Made by a program: the position numbers and the translations under genes. The notes beneath the pieces are model-generated. The model made no database searches and was not told the origin of the DNA. It saw only the letters and a program-made list of their open reading frames with translations. A DNA stretch of 33,265 nt from Deltaproteobacteria bacterium (GTDB taxonomy: Bacteria; Myxococcota_A; SURF-8), in NCBI GenBank assembly GCA_029570245.1, contig JAKQSH010000185.1, positions 1 to 33,265 of the forward strand. Direction: 5' to 3'. Each line of letters starts with the position of its first letter. The first letter of the stretch is position 1. Below, piece by piece: positions 32,206-33,265 of this stretch.

Positions 32206-33265
32206 ATGAGACGTCTGCTCAGCGTTTTTCTGGCGTGTCTGTTGTTGGTTCTGGCCGTTCCGTTTGCTGCGGCGGAAGAAATGACGATTCAGATCGAGCC
32301 GAATTCGATTGAAGACCCCAATTGCGGATGTGCGCTGCCTCACTCGGGGGGTATAGGTATGAGCACTTCCACATCGACGATTCAGATCAATGACCCTCTT
32401 CCTGCCGGGTCAAAGTTGACTCAGGTACAGATCACTGTTTACGGCATATTGTGCGATCCCAATCTGGCAACGGTATTTCTGGCCGGAACCGAAATCGGGA
32501 GTTTCGTTCCGAATACAATAGACTGTTGGTGTGATTCCTGCATCTCAAGCGCACCGTTGTCCTCGCTTGAATATCTGACGGGCTTTCCGGGCTATAATTA
32601 CGGCGGACTGAACGATTTGTCCTTCAGCGCTTTCACCTACAACATGTACCCATCTTATTATGAGATCAAATTCATATACACCCAGGGAATTTTCGTCACC
32701 ACGTTCGATGACGAACTCAACAACGACGGCGACTGTTCGCTGCGCGAGGCCATCCAGTCCGCCAACAGCGACACGGCGATTGACGCCTGCAAAGCCGGGA
32801 GCGGCGACGACGAAATTATTCTTACGGCTGGCACCTACACTGTTTCCATCGCCGGAGTCGGCGAAGACCTCAATCAGACCGGTGACTTCGATGTTCTGAG
32901 CAATATCGCATTCGTCGGTGAAGGCATTTCCGCCACCATTATAAGCGGTGCAGCTCTCGATCGTGTTTTCCACGTTGCGGGCGCTCATACCGTCAGCATC
33001 AGCGAACTTTCCATCCGTGACGGATATGTCGAAAACGCCAACGGCTACGGTGGTGGAATTTATAACCAGGGCGATCTCACTCTGACCAATGCAGAGGTAA
33101 GCGGGTGCTATGCCCAGGGCGACAACAGCAGCCGCAGTGGTGGCGGCTTCGGCGGCGGCATATACAACGAAAACACTCTGACTCTTGAATATTCGTCTAT
33201 CACGAACAATACCGCACAGGGCGGCGACGGTTCCAACGGCGTATCGCGCGGCGGCGGAGGAGGAG
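32206..33265 (+). CDS. Secreted CSLREA-domain / right-handed beta-helix (PbH1-like) repeat protein. The 3' end is cut by the window edge.
   Basis: Absent from the ORF track. AGGAGG (32195..32200) lies 5 nt before ATG 32206. My translation is open to the window end. It reads MRRLLSVFLACLLLVLAVPFAAA signal, a roughly 150-aa Cys-containing N-domain, then DGDCSLREAIQSANSD (CSLREA at 32734..32751). Gly-rich repeats follow (GYGGGIYNQGDLTL.., GGGFGGGIYNENTLTL..). Confidence 0.85.
   Translation, partial: MRRLLSVFLACLLLVLAVPFAAAEEMTIQIEPNSIEDPNCGCALPHSGGIGMSTSTSTIQINDPLPAGSKLTQVQITVYGILCDPNLATVFLAGTEIGSFVPNTIDCWCDSCISSAPLSSLEYLTGFPGYNYGGLNDLSFSAFTYNMYPSYYEIKFIYTQGIFVTTFDDELNNDGDCSLREAIQSANSDTAIDACKAGSGDDEIILTAGTYTVSIAGVGEDLNQTGDFDVLSNIAFVGEGISATIISGAALDRVFHVAGAHTVSISELSIRDGYVENANGYGGGIYNQGDLTLTNAEVSGCYAQGDNSSRSGGGFGGGIYNENTLTLEYSSITNNTAQGGDGSNGVSRGGGGG

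Noticed and set aside
32545-32988. A 147-aa minus-strand ORF near the right edge
   Set aside because: It is antisense to the CSLREA/beta-helix gene, which has a perfect AGGAGG SD, a signal peptide and the CSLREA motif.
1-33265. A window-wide scan for CRISPR repeats, IS or transposase ends, integrases, toxin-antitoxin pairs, restriction-modification or other defence genes, and rRNA or tRNA genes
   Set aside because: I could find no regularly spaced direct repeats, long terminal inverted repeats, recombinase or nuclease-helicase defence signatures, or structured RNA gene signatures by eye. This is a negative result from manual inspection only.

Overview
The window is a gene-dense chromosomal segment from a diderm (Gram-negative-type) bacterium with moderate GC. 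I found no rRNA, tRNA, CRISPR array, transposase, integrase or phage genes, so it does not look like a mobile or defence island. About 30 CDS are supportable. Housekeeping genes are recJ, dapF, acylphosphatase, a HAD phosphatase, ADP-forming acetyl-CoA synthetase, and NSS, OPT and CysZ-like transporters. These are interleaved with many envelope and cell-surface genes: an Mla-type lipid ABC operon (lipoprotein, MlaE, MlaF, long MlaD, polytopic membrane protein), a 1677-aa secreted cysteine-rich giant protein, a PAP2_C-type lipid enzyme, two beta-barrel-like outer-membrane proteins, a papain-like (C1) peptidase, a GT-C/TPR (TMTC-like) protein, and two edge-truncated surface proteins. The ORF track misses both edge genes; I translated them myself: a choice-of-anchor-D-like lipoprotein at the left edge and a CSLREA/beta-helix protein at the right edge. 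The three most interesting observations are as follows. (1) The N-terminal half of the giant ORF looks to me like a two-lobed BPI/LBP/CETP (TULIP) lipid-binding protein, and it lies directly after the Mla operon. (2) The same ORF carries, mid-protein, a MYXO-CTERM-like tag (GCSSSSS, hydrophobic helix, basic residues) followed at once by a canonical lipoprotein signal (LTLASC), as if two surface proteins were fused in frame. (3) The C1 peptidase ends in the same GCSSSS-TM-RRR tag, which implies a dedicated sorting pathway whose enzyme I cannot identify in the window. Smaller oddities are a Fur-FeoA fusion regulator translationally coupled inside a recJ-dapF operon, an amphi-Trp protein with His-rich and (CS)n tails, outer-membrane proteins with acidic tails after the beta-signal, and two long non-coding leaders. 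All family assignments come from motif recognition by eye, with no database search, and need HMM or structure confirmation.
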